Origin: Chthoniobacteraceae bacterium
GTDB taxonomy: Bacteria; Verrucomicrobiota; Verrucomicrobiia; Chthoniobacterales; Chthoniobacteraceae
Reading direction: 5' to 3'
Assembly (NCBI GenBank): GCA_031409335.1
Contig: JANNWY010000029.1
Span: 1-34,368 of the forward strand
Length of the DNA: 34,368 bases
Position 1 is the stretch's first letter; each line of letters begins with the position of its first letter. Made by a program: the position numbers and the translations under genes. The notes beneath the pieces are model-generated. The model was given only the letters and a program-made list of their open reading frames with translations. It made no database searches and was not told the origin of the DNA. Positions 8,741-19,000 of the stretch are shown in pieces.

Positions 8741-11290
8741 GGTATTTTCGAAGGTCAGGATGAGTTGCGGGCGGTTCGCGGCGTTCGAGTTTTCACGCGA
8801 GGCGTAGGTGACGTTACCAAGTCCGCCGAAGTTGTCCGTGGACAGGATGCGGAGGGAAAGCTTCCCATCGCCGAGCAAGGTGTCCGTGACCTGCGGGGTG
8901 ACGCTGAACTCCACGGGCTGACCAGTGACCGGCAGCCACTGCGCGAAGAGTTTTCCCGACGCCGGCTTGTTGCTGAAGGTCAGCGTGGTCTCGCTCCAGC
9001 TATTGCTACTGACCAAGGTCGCGCAGCTTTCATTGCCGACCTGGCTGGCCGCTGTGCCGGCGAGTCTCACTTTGGCCTGCATGATTTTCCCGCTCACGCC
9101 GCTGAGATCCCAGCGGAGAAACGTCTCGCGATTCACGTCGCTGGCGGTGATGTCCTTGGTCTGCAGCGACGCGCCCGTTCCAAAGTTGGTGCCGGCATTT
9201 ACTCCGCCCTGCACATAGGCATCGGCGACTGGAGTAAGCGTGATGGTGTGCGCGGAAGGCTGCGGCTTTTGCACCTGCAAATGCAGCACGGCGAAGTCCA
9301 CCGCGCTGTTGGTGCCGAGGGCGACATTGAGCCGGCCATCGGTCAGCAAGGCAGGCGTCACCTCCATGGTGCGCACGGTCGGCGCGGTAGTGGAGATGGG
9401 AGTCCAGCCAAGGCTGGTGAAGGTCTGCGGGGTGGTGGTGTTGTCCAGCCAAATGCTATCCCCGGCGGCGCTGCCGATGGCGCGCAGGCTCACGGTGAGT
9501 GAGGCCGCGACGACGGTGTCGCCGGGGTCGAGCGGGAAGTCGAAGGTGAACGCGGTGGAGCGATTGCCCACGAGGTAATCAAACTTCGCATCCGCGGGCA
9601 GCGCGCCGATGGCTTCCACTTGCGTGAGCCAGGTGGCATCGCAGTTCACCGCGCTGCCGGTGCCACCGGTGCTGAAGTGCTGGTCCACATCGCCGAGCCA
9701 CACTTCGCGGAACTCCGAGTCCGGCCATTTCATCCGCTGCTGGAGTTGGCCAAAGTAAAGGCTGCGCGGATGCACCTCCACGCCCGTGGGGCCGCTGCTG
9801 TCATAGGTGCCCGCGGGGTCGGCACCGACAGGGTTGGAGCTGGCGTTGATGTTGCCGATGGAGCCCACCAGCCAGTTGCGTGCGGTGGGCGGATTGCGCA
9901 CGCGAAAGCCGTTCGCAGTGCAATTCCACACCGCCATGTAAGCGCCCGCCCAGCCGTGGCCGGTGCCAAAGTTGCCACGGTTCTGCACGTTGATTTCGTT
10001 GCCGTTGATCGTGAGCAGATCGAACAATCCGCCGACCGCCCACCGTTGATGCGGCCCCGTGTCCGAATACGCCGTGTCCGCTGTGCAATGCACGAACGCA
10101 TTCGGTCCTGCCACCACCGAGCCAAAGACAAAATCATGCCGGCCTTTCCGTGCGTAGTTGTTCACAAACAGGGTGCATTCCGCGCCATCGTTATTGAAGG
10201 AATAGCGGCGGCCACCGGTGATCTCGGAGATGGGATCGAGGCATTGCGAGTCCGCCACCGTCAGCCACTTCGCACCATCGGCGACGCTGACCGCTGCGAA
10301 GCCAAAATACTGCGCGGTAATGTTCCGCACCCAGCCATGCTGCGCGTTGCTGATTTGGATGAATTTCCAACCGTGTAACTCATCGGTGCTGCTGGCGTAG
10401 TCCGAAACGCCGTAAAGGTCTTCGATGCCGACCTGCTGGATGCGTCCGCTCCAAGTATAGCGCCAGATTTGTCCGCCGCCGTATTGCGACTCGAAGGTTT
10501 GCGGCAGCGGCACATCCACGGTGATCCAGTTCCCGTCGATCCGCGTGATGGTGCGGTCGAAAGTAAGATCCTTCGACCCAGCGGTCCACGGCACGTCATC
10601 CGCTTCGCCGCCACTACTTCCCGGCCCGAGCTGGTCCATGTCGATGTCCGCAATCCAGTTGGCCGTACTCGGGCGTTTCACGATGACCGTATGCCCCACC
10701 GCGAGGCCGCTGGTGCTATCCACTTCAAAGGTCCGGGTGCCTGCTGGCGCGAGTTTCTGTGTAAGGTTGCGTGTGGTGCCACTCACCGTGCTGCGACTGC
10801 CGGAACCACTCACGGAGATGAGGTTGTATTGCCGCGCATCCGTCGCCCGCAGCCGCGTGCCGCTGATGGAGGAATCGCCCGCACCTTTCAGCACCACGCC
10901 ACTGGCATTGATGGTGATGGTCGTGGCGAGTTGATACTCACCTGCATTGAGATAGACCACGCCGCGCCAGCCACTCGCATCCAGCGTCATCGCCTCCACG
11001 GAATCAATCGCCGCCTGGATCAGCGCCGTGTCATCGCCGGTGCCGGGGCTCACATACACCCAGCGGCTCTGCGGGATGAGCACCGATACATTCGGCAATG
11101 GCTCGGTGCCGCCGCGATAGCCGCACTGGGAAAAATCCGCGATGCGCTGCCCGCGCTCATCGAACTGGTAGAGCAGATTCCCCGTCGCCGAGGGATAGAC
11201 CCACGCGCCATTCGGCGCCTGCGCAGCCGCCCGGAAGGAGCCATGCACGACCAAAAGCAGCGCGGTGAGAAGGAGGATGTGGCGACGCAT
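8051..11290 (-). CDS. Secreted pectin-lyase-fold (right-handed beta-helix) enzyme + DNRLRE/CBM96-like domain + Ig/cadherin-like repeat + conserved C-terminal domain
   Basis: Signal MRRHILLLTALLLV; DFSQCGYRGG; beta-helix cap GDDTALIQAAID..GVVYLNAGEY; GRRYSF, GRHDF, GPHQRWAVGGLFD, GTGHGWAG; ADAYVQGG..RETFLRWDLS..YASREN..RPQL (CBM96/DNRLRE-like); APTISNIAD repeat; ends RFARLKVTSP. Alternative GTG start at 11299. Confidence 0.8.
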   Translation of the reverse strand: MRRHILLLTALLLVVHGSFRAAAQAPNGAWVYPSATGNLLYQFDERGQRIADFSQCGYRGGTEPLPNVSVLIPQSRWVYVSPGTGDDTALIQAAIDSVEAMTLDASGWRGVVYLNAGEYQLATTITINASGVVLKGAGDSSISGTRLRATDARQYNLISVSGSGSRSTVSGTTRNLTQKLAPAGTRTFEVDSTSGLAVGHTVIVKRPSTANWIADIDMDQLGPGSSGGEADDVPWTAGSKDLTFDRTITRIDGNWITVDVPLPQTFESQYGGGQIWRYTWSGRIQQVGIEDLYGVSDYASSTDELHGWKFIQISNAQHGWVRNITAQYFGFAAVSVADGAKWLTVADSQCLDPISEITGGRRYSFNNDGAECTLFVNNYARKGRHDFVFGSVVAGPNAFVHCTADTAYSDTGPHQRWAVGGLFDLLTINGNEINVQNRGNFGTGHGWAGAYMAVWNCTANGFRVRNPPTARNWLVGSIGNINASSNPVGADPAGTYDSSGPTGVEVHPRSLYFGQLQQRMKWPDSEFREVWLGDVDQHFSTGGTGSAVNCDATWLTQVEAIGALPADAKFDYLVGNRSTAFTFDFPLDPGDTVVAASLTVSLRAIGSAAGDSIWLDNTTTPQTFTSLGWTPISTTAPTVRTMEVTPALLTDGRLNVALGTNSAVDFAVLHLQVQKPQPSAHTITLTPVADAYVQGGVNAGTNFGTGASLQTKDITASDVNRETFLRWDLSGVSGKIMQAKVRLAGTAASQVGNESCATLVSSNSWSETTLTFSNKPASGKLFAQWLPVTGQPVEFSVTPQVTDTLLGDGKLSLRILSTDNFGGLGNVTYASRENSNAANRPQLILTFENTAPTISNIADRSIAVNTNTGAIAITIGDIETAATSLTLTKASSNPTLIPLPGIVFAGIGTSRTVTVTPAANQLGSSTLTVTVSDGTLTAMDTFILTVTGTGLETWRFANFGTTANTGNSADLADANNDGEINLLEYATAQNPNATSRVVISAIRTASAVEITYTRSKTALTGGVIFAIEWSDTLAPNSWAAAGVTQTILSDNGTVQSIKATIPAGPTIPVRFARLKVTSP

Positions 11291-11325
11291 ACAGTTCACT
11301 ACCCTGGCTCAAGTCGTGGGTGGAT

Positions 11326-14300
11326 TCACGGGGACGTTACTTTGAGCCGGGCGAAGCGCACGGGAATCGTCGAGCCGGTGGGAATGGTGGCCTTGACGGT
11401 TTGCATGGTGCCGTTGTCGGTGAGGATGGACTGCGTGACGCCAGTGGCGGACCAGGAGTTGGTGGCGAGCGTGTCGCTCCACTCGACGCTGAAAGTCACA
11501 CCGCCGGTGAGCGCGGCTTTGCTGCGGGTGTAGGTCATCTCCACAGCACTGCTGGTGCGGGCGGCTGAGAGTACGATGCGGCTGTTGGCGGTGGGACTTT
11601 GCGCAGTGGCGTATTCGAGGAGGTTCTTCTCACTGTCGTTGTTCGGGTCGGCGAGGTCGGCGGCGTTGCCGGTGTTCGCGGTGGTGCCGAAATTGGCGAA
11701 GCGCCACGTCTCCAGGGCGGTGCCGGTGGTGGTGACGACGAACGTGTCGCTGGCGGTGAGCGTGCCGTCGCTCACGGTCACGGTGATGGTCGCGCTGCCG
11801 AGCCGATTGGCGGCGGGCGTGACGGTCACGGTGCGGTTCGCGCCGCTGCCGCCGAAGACGATGTTTGCATTCGGAACCAGCGCCGGATTGCTGGAACTGC
11901 CAGTCACGACCAGCAGCGCCGGGACTGTTTCGAGATCACCGATGGTAAAGCCCAAGGCCGCAGTGCTCGTATTTTCGTTGATCGATTGGTTCGGGACATC
12001 AGAAATGGTCGGCGCGTCATTCACTCCCGCGACCGTGAGCAGGAAGGTGTCGGTGCCCGAGGTGCTGCCATCACTCACCGAGACCGTAATCGTCGCGGAG
12101 CCATTCTGATCGGCTGCAGGGGTCACGGTGACGGTTCTCGCAGCCCCCGCGCCTCCGAAGACAATGCTGGCGTTGGGGACCAGAGTGACATCGCTGGAAC
12201 TGCCGCTCACGGTGAGGGTAGCCAGCGCGGTGTCCACATCCCCAATGGTGAAGGCCACGGCTCCCGTGTTGGTATCCTCGTCGATCGTCCGGTTCGCGAT
12301 GTCCGTGATCGTTGGCGTGTCATTCACAGCCGTTACGGTGAGGAGAAAGGTGTCGGTCGCGGTCAAGACGCCATCGCTGACCGTGACCGTGATGGTCGCA
12401 GTCCCGCTTAAATCGGCCGCGGGGGTGATCGTGACTGTGCGCGAGGCCCCAGTGCCTGCGAGCACCACATTGGCCAGGGGGACCAGAGCCAGATTACTGG
12501 AAGCGCGGGTAACGACCAGCGAGGTCGCCGCTGTTTCCGCGTCTCCAATGCTAAAGGCGATGGCCCCGGTGTTGGTGTCCTCGTTAATGCTCCGGTTCGC
12601 CATGTTCGTGATGGTCGGGGCGTCATTCACGGCAGTGACGGTGAGCAGGAAACTCGAACTGGCGGTAAGCGTGCCATCGCTGACGGTGAGGGTGATCGTC
12701 GCCGTGCCGTTCATGTTTGGAGCGGGCGTAACGGTCACGGTGCGATTCGCGCCGCTGCCCCCGAAGACGATGTTGGCATTCGGAATCAGGGCCAGATTGC
12801 TGGAACTGCCAGTCACCGTGAGGGAAGCCAGCGCGGTGTCCACATCCCCAATGGTGAAAGCCAGGGCTCCCGTGTTGGTATCCTCGTTGATCGTCCGGTT
12901 CGCGATGTCCGTGATGGTCGGGGCATAGCCTCGATCAATCCTAACTTGATAGGGATACGACTGATTACCTGTGAACTGTGCAGGAATCGCATTGATCACG
13001 AAGAACATCTCGGTTGCGGTCGCGGGCACCGACACAGTCACCGTCCCCTGCGTAGAAGTGTTCATCACGAATGGATGAAATTGATTGCCCGCAACGTCCA
13101 TAACAACCGCAGTTCCCGAGAATACAGCCGCCGCACCGCTCGTTCCGGTGGCATTGCCGTTCAGATGGAGAGTATAGGGCGCGGCTGAGGAAATGATGAC
13201 GCGGAATACATTCGAGGCCCAACTGCGCGGGGCCAGGTTTGCCGGAGGCGAAACCCACACGCCACTCGTGCCGCTGTCCGTATAGGTCTGAATATACGGA
13301 GCAACGTCAGCCGGGTCGCCATACGTGTTGAGCCAGTCTTTTGCATCAGCCCACTGAGCCCGCGTGAGATAGTCCTGGTAAGCCGCATTATGCGCCGTCC
13401 ACTCGGTGAAATACTGGCGAAAGTTTGCCGGGCCAATTTGATTATAAAGATACTGCTGCGGATTCTGCGTCGTGCCCGCATAGTAGCCGCCAGCGATGAG
13501 GATTTGCGGCACGCCTTTCGCCGCCGTGAGGAAGTGCAAAAAGGCGCTCATTCCATAAGGACGCCCTTCTCGATTCGCATTCACAGGATCGCCCGGCTCG
13601 CCATTGTTGTGCTGGAGGCCCCGCCACAGCGGCAAATGAGGATTGGCGGGGATGAGAGCGCTCATGACAAAGGGAAAAGACGGGGAGTTTATCGCCTGAA
13701 ACCAAGTCGCCGATGTCTCGAAAAACCAAGACGTATCCGCCGAATACTGGAACCCCGGCGAAGTCATATTGAACTGATACAAATGAAACACTTCGTGCTC
13801 GTGATTGGAGGAATCATTGTACCACCCGGGAGTGGTCATGAGAGTGTAGCCATTGCTGTCGCCTCCCACTCCATTTCCGGTCGGCCAGGAGAACGTATTC
13901 GCCTCGGTATTCAGATAGATATTTTGATAGTGCCTCGCATAAACAATGGACGGATCCCTCATTCCAAAAGCCCAGCATTGATTGCGAATCCGCTCCGCAT
14001 TCGCCAAAAGAGCTGTCGCGTGCGCCTGAAAATTATTGCCAAATTCCCACCACACGATGAACGGCCCTCGAATGATGTAATTACAGTTCGTCGTCTTGTT
14101 GGCGTAGGCATTTAGAATCGTGAACCTCCGCGAATAGGCCTCGCCATTAATCTGAAACGAAGCCACCGCCGAAGCCCCCACCACGCCGAGAGATTGCATC
14201 GGCATATTGGGCGAGCTTTGAGCATAAGGAAAATCTGCCCCCGTGATGAGAACGCCGTTCGCAACATCCGGCGTGAGCGTCCAAAAAACACCCGCGTCGT

Positions 14301-14511
14301 TTGTCCAGCGCAGCTTCGACGGGTCGGTAGGGTGTCGAGTCAGATTGCCTCTATGCCAGTCGTTCGTCGGTGCATCGCGCTCATAGCGACCGAGAAGATT
14401 TTCTGTGTCGATTGCTGCCGAAGCGGACAGGACCAAACAGAGACTGAGCAGAAGAAACCATATCACTCTCCGAACGGCGGTTGCTCCTATGTTTATTCCG
14501 ACGTAATTCAT
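11326..14511 (-). CDS. Secreted zincin-type metallopeptidase-like protein (DUF6055-like head) + 4 cadherin/Ig-like repeats + conserved C-terminal domain, 1061 aa
   Basis: GAGGAG RBS upstream; signal peptide; HEVFH (13783-13797) followed ~18 aa later by WFFETSATW (gluzincin-like third ligand); four 101-aa repeats; ends RFARLKVTSP. Confidence 0.78.
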   Translation of the reverse strand: MNYVGINIGATAVRRVIWFLLLSLCLVLSASAAIDTENLLGRYERDAPTNDWHRGNLTRHPTDPSKLRWTNDAGVFWTLTPDVANGVLITGADFPYAQSSPNMPMQSLGVVGASAVASFQINGEAYSRRFTILNAYANKTTNCNYIIRGPFIVWWEFGNNFQAHATALLANAERIRNQCWAFGMRDPSIVYARHYQNIYLNTEANTFSWPTGNGVGGDSNGYTLMTTPGWYNDSSNHEHEVFHLYQFNMTSPGFQYSADTSWFFETSATWFQAINSPSFPFVMSALIPANPHLPLWRGLQHNNGEPGDPVNANREGRPYGMSAFLHFLTAAKGVPQILIAGGYYAGTTQNPQQYLYNQIGPANFRQYFTEWTAHNAAYQDYLTRAQWADAKDWLNTYGDPADVAPYIQTYTDSGTSGVWVSPPANLAPRSWASNVFRVIISSAAPYTLHLNGNATGTSGAAAVFSGTAVVMDVAGNQFHPFVMNTSTQGTVTVSVPATATEMFFVINAIPAQFTGNQSYPYQVRIDRGYAPTITDIANRTINEDTNTGALAFTIGDVDTALASLTVTGSSSNLALIPNANIVFGGSGANRTVTVTPAPNMNGTATITLTVSDGTLTASSSFLLTVTAVNDAPTITNMANRSINEDTNTGAIAFSIGDAETAATSLVVTRASSNLALVPLANVVLAGTGASRTVTITPAADLSGTATITVTVSDGVLTATDTFLLTVTAVNDTPTITDIANRTIDEDTNTGAVAFTIGDVDTALATLTVSGSSSDVTLVPNASIVFGGAGAARTVTVTPAADQNGSATITVSVSDGSTSGTDTFLLTVAGVNDAPTISDVPNQSINENTSTAALGFTIGDLETVPALLVVTGSSSNPALVPNANIVFGGSGANRTVTVTPAANRLGSATITVTVSDGTLTASDTFVVTTTGTALETWRFANFGTTANTGNAADLADPNNDSEKNLLEYATAQSPTANSRIVLSAARTSSAVEMTYTRSKAALTGGVTFSVEWSDTLATNSWSATGVTQSILTDNGTMQTVKATIPTGSTIPVRFARLKVTSP
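11713..12924 (-). repeat. Four tandem 303-bp cadherin/Ig-like (tandem-95-type) repeats
   Basis: Units start at 12924, 12621, 12318 and 12015 ([AT]PTI..I.NR.I.ED..VTAVND). Units 1 and 3 share near-identical DNA (e.g. 12832-12915 vs 12226-12309). Confidence 0.9.
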
Positions 14512-14544
14512 GGCAGCTTTCTCCTCTCGGTCTTTCGGTTCGCT

Positions 14545-16010
14545 CTACGGCTGCGTGACATGCACTCGCATGAAGCGGCGCGGGTGCAGTGGGTCGTTGA
14601 GTGGGTAGAGGTCGCGGACTTCTACGGTGCGGAGGGGGCCGGTGGTGGTTTCGATGATTGTGGTGCCGGGTGTTGTTGCGGCGAAGGGGTTGCCGGTGGT
14701 GCTAGTGGCTAGGTCGGTCCACGGGCCGGTGAGCGTGTCGGCGGCTTGGACTTTTATTGTGATGTCGGTGGCGGCGGGGTTGCGCTCGAATTGCAGGGCG
14801 AGTCTGCCGGAGGCAGTGGTGGCGGTGGGCGCGGCGTCTTGGTTTGCGGTGCGTGGGTCGCTGGCGAATGCGTATTCGAGCAGGGTCACTAGGCCGTCTT
14901 TGTCGAGGTCGGTGAGCGGGCCTGCGAGGGCGGCGTTGGTTTTGTCGCTGCCAAATTGCGCGGCTTGCCAGTCGGCGAATGTGGATGCGGTTTGGCGCAG
15001 GCCGGAGAGTCGCAGGTCGAGCCCGAGGTCGCTGCTGTTGGCGGTGGATTGGTGGAGTTCGATGGCCACGGTGTTTGTGCCTGTGAGAAGCGCGGTGGCG
15101 GGGACGGTGAAGACGTTCCAAGCGGTTTCGTCGGTGCCGCCGATGGCGGTGGTGGCGAGTCGCGTGGGCGTGATGGCGCTGGATGGGAGGTTGTCGCGGA
15201 GGAGTTCTACGCCGTTTAAATAGACAACGGCTCCGTCGTCGCGCTGGAGTTCGAGGCGGAGGGCGTCGAAGAGAGTGGCATCGGCCACGGTGAATGTGTG
15301 GCGGAACCACGTCGTGATATGGCGGTTGTTGACTTCGGTGCCGTAGGCGACGGTCGTGGCTTGGGTGTCGCCGTAGCCGAGTCTCGCGGGGCCGGTGGTC
15401 CATGCGGTGTCGGCGTAGTCGTTGCTCGTCCAATTGGCGGGCGGGGCGATGCCGGTGTCGCGGTATTTCCATGAGGCTCCGGCGGCGATGAGTGGCGCGG
15501 GGATGTCGAGCGCGACGTCGAGCGAGAGGTCGAACCCGAGGTCGCTGCTCGCGGTGCCAAATTGATGGACCTCGACGGCGATGACATTGGTGCCGGTGCG
15601 AAGTTCGCGGGCGTCGAGTGTGGCGGTGAAAAAGGTGTTTTCATCCGCGCCGCTCACGGTCGAGAGGGCTTGCGTGCTTGAGCCGATGAGGGCGGGTTTT
15701 GTGACCATGTTGCTGCGGTGGACCTCGACGCCGTTGAGCCAGACGACTGCGCCGTCGTCGCGCAAGAGCCGCAGTGTGAGGTCGGCGAATTGACGCGGGT
15801 TTGCGACGGTGAAGGTGCGGCGGAAATATGTGGTGATGCGCGAGGGGGTGCTATTGACGGACGTTGCGGGAGCTTGGCCGTTGAGGTCGCCGAAGCCGAG
15901 AATTGCTGGGCCTGCGGGCCATGCGGCGTCGTTGAACTCATTCTGCATCCACGTTGCGGGGGCGGTGCCGGTGTCGAAGAATTTCCATGTCGAGCCTGCG
16001 GCGATGAGCG
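14545..16010 (-). repeat. ~1.47-kb tail block (2 jelly-rolls + C-terminal domain type B), copy 1; paralogous to 19725-21193
   Basis: Long stretches are nearly identical in DNA and protein (e.g. HTFTVADATLFDALRLELQRDDGAVVYLNGVE; FADWQAAQFGSDKTNAALAGPLTDLD). Confidence 0.9.
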
Positions 16011-19000
16011 GCGTGGTGGTGACTGTCTGCACGAGTTTGAGGCTCGTTCCTTCGACCACTAATCCGTAGCCGGAAATCGGGGCGTTGAGCGTCGGCGTGC
16101 CGGTGATGCCGGAGGACGCGGTGATCAAAGTGTAGCTCGGCAGCGTCGGTGTGCCGGTGAGTTTGATCGTGCCCGCAGACAGGTTAAACGAGCTGGTGGA
16201 AGTGGTCGGGGAACCGAGGGTGAACCCGAGGGAAGCCCCGGCGCTCACGGTGATCGGGGACCTTTGGCTGCCGCCGACGAAAGCCAGCGTGCCCTGACTG
16301 ACGGTGGTTGGGTCGGTGTAGGTGTTCGCGCCGGAGAAAGTCATGGTGCCAGCGCCAGCCTTGATCACGGTCATGTAGCTAAAGGTGCCGGTGACATTCA
16401 GGTTGCCGCCGCTGGCCACGGTGAACGTGCGTGCTCCGGAGCCGTTTACGTTGACGGCGCTGATGGTGGAGGTTCCGGCCCCGGCGGTCACATCACCCTG
16501 GAGAGTGTAGCTGCCCCAGGTCACGGTGGAAAATCCGTCGCTGCTCAAGTCGCCACCGTTCAGGGTGACGGGACCGATGTTCACACTGTAGTCCCCGTTC
16601 ATGGTCATCCGCCCGCCGCTGGCGATGGTCACGGGTTTCCAGAACGACATGCCGAGGGAATTGAAGTCTTTCAAAACCACCGTGCCGCTGTTGATGAACA
16701 CGCCGCTGCTCGGGGCGATGGGATTGCCGACGATCTCCAAGGTGCCGCCATTCACGGTGGTCGCGCCGGTGTAAGTGTTCGTGGCAGCGAGGACGACGGT
16801 GCCGTTTCCGCGAATGCCGAGGCCAGTGCCGGTGCCGTTTTTGATGATGCCGTTCAGCGTCAGCGTGGAGCCGCTGCCGACCATATCAATGAATCCGTCG
16901 TTCATGTTCAGCGCGAGCGGGCTGTGGATGACGTTCGCGCCGCCGCCGGTGAAATCGGCTTTGATGATCCAATCGTTCGCCACGCCTTTGAGGGCAATCT
17001 GCCCGCCGGGTGCGGTGTTCATGAACCAGTCCTGCCGGGTGAACCGGATGCCTCCCCAAGCGTAGGTCTGGCCGCCGTCGGATGGCTGGAAGCCGTGCCA
17101 GTTTCCAAAATGCGCCACATCGCCGGTGCCCGGTCCATTGTTCCAAAGACCACTCCCTTCGCTATCCCACGCCCATTTCAAGGCGGTGCTCATCGGGGAG
17201 GAGTCGCTGGTGTTGCCCCAGAAATAATCTTCGTCCGCCTGCGCTCCGGTGCCGATGGTCACGGTGAATTCCGTCGAGGTGGTATCGCCATCGGGGTCCA
17301 TCACCGTGACGATGATGGTCGCCGTGGCGTTTCTGTTCGGCACGGGCGTGATGGTGACGGTGCGGGCAGTGCCTGAGCCGCCGAGGGCGATGCCGCTGCT
17401 CTGCACGTTTCTCGTATCGAGCGAACGCGCGCTGACGACGAGGCTGGCCGCCGCATGTGCCGTGCTGCCGACGGTGAAGGCGACAGGGCCGACCGGCGTG
17501 CTCACCGCCGTGACTTGGTCCGCGATGGCGGAGATAGTCGGCGGCGTGAAGCCACCGCCGACGACCCGGTTTGTCGAGTTGTCCGCGAGAAGTTCGGTGA
17601 GCTTCAGGCCGCGTGCGGAATTCGCATCGGCGGAGACGATGAGCTTGCGTCCATCGGCGAGTTCGACGCGGGCCGAGGTCGCGCTGAGGTTGACGACCGC
17701 CGAGACGGGATTGGTTTCACCCGTGCGCAGCGGCATCAGCAGCGTGAGGAAATGCTTCGTCCCGGTGCCGGAGAGCTGGTGCGTCACGGTGGTGGCGGGA
17801 TAGTGGCCCACCGAATCACTGACGATGTCCCAGCCGAGCAGGCCGGAGGCGCTCCCGCTGGACTGCCCCACTGCGGAGCCGACCGTGAGGCCCGAGAGCA
17901 GGCACGGGACGACGGCGAGGTTTGGCTGGCCTGCCTGCGTGGTGGTGATCACTTTGGTGACGGGATCCGTCACGGAGGTGGTAGGCAGCAGATGCCAGCG
18001 CGCTTGGTAGGAGTGGCTGAGACCGTTCCCCACCAGCGTGTCCGCGATGAGGTAAAGGTCCGGCTTCACGAACAACACGCGGCGCGTGTGCGTGGCGGGG
18101 CGCAAGAAGTAGTTGTTATAGCCGCGGTTGTAGGTGCCGGCGGCAAAGTCGTGGGCCACATCACTTTCCCAACGCCACGTCTGCGGCGACTGCGTGGTGT
18201 GATCCGGGTCGGTGTAGGTATCGGAGCCGTCGCCGCCGACCTGGTTATTGCCGTCCACGATGACGGTGTTATGCGACCACGTGGCGCTGCCGTAGGTGCG
18301 CCAGATGCTCGACTCGTATTCGCCACCGCCGGAATCGAAAAGGATCTTCTTCCCGTAAGCCGACAGCACCACGTTCAATTTGTCCTGATGGTAGTGGCCC
18401 GTTCCCAGCGGGCCGGCATCGAAGCAGAGATAGTTGTCCGAAGTGGACCAGCCGGAGCGCATCACGTTGTAGCCGGCCCAGGGGTACGTCGTGGAGGTAA
18501 AGTTGGGCGGCGTGCCGGAGGCTCCGTCACTGGCGACCCACTGGAAATCGGTGCGGTTGGGGAACAAGCTGTAGCCGGCGGAAAGCCCCGACTTGGCGTC
18601 GATCACACCATTGCAGTCGTTGAACTGCGGCAACTTACGGTCGGGCGCCATGAGCCGCAGGTAGTGTTCGTAGGATTTCTCCAAGCCGGACACAAAGTTT
18701 GCGGGCAATTCGCCTCGGCGCCCCTGGAGCGTGGCCATATTGTAGATGTTGAGAATGCTTCCCAATGTCCCGCTGTGGTAAACGGGCGACAGCTCCTTCT
18801 GCGGCCCATCGGGATAGAACTGAATCACCTGCTCGGCGGCAAGACTGTTCGCGGCGGTCGTGCGCCAGTTGCCTGCCTCGTTCAACTCGGGAAACAGCGC
18901 GCCCTCCGTGTAGAGGCCGGACATTTCAATCATGAGCCAGTTGCCCGAGCTGGGGTACGCGAGCAGGTAGCGCCCGTGCTCGATGCAGGACTTGAGGTAG

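Noticed and set aside
11713..12924. CRISPR array
   Set aside because: The repeats are 303-bp in-frame protein domains, the heptamer arrays elsewhere have no spacers, and no cas genes are present.
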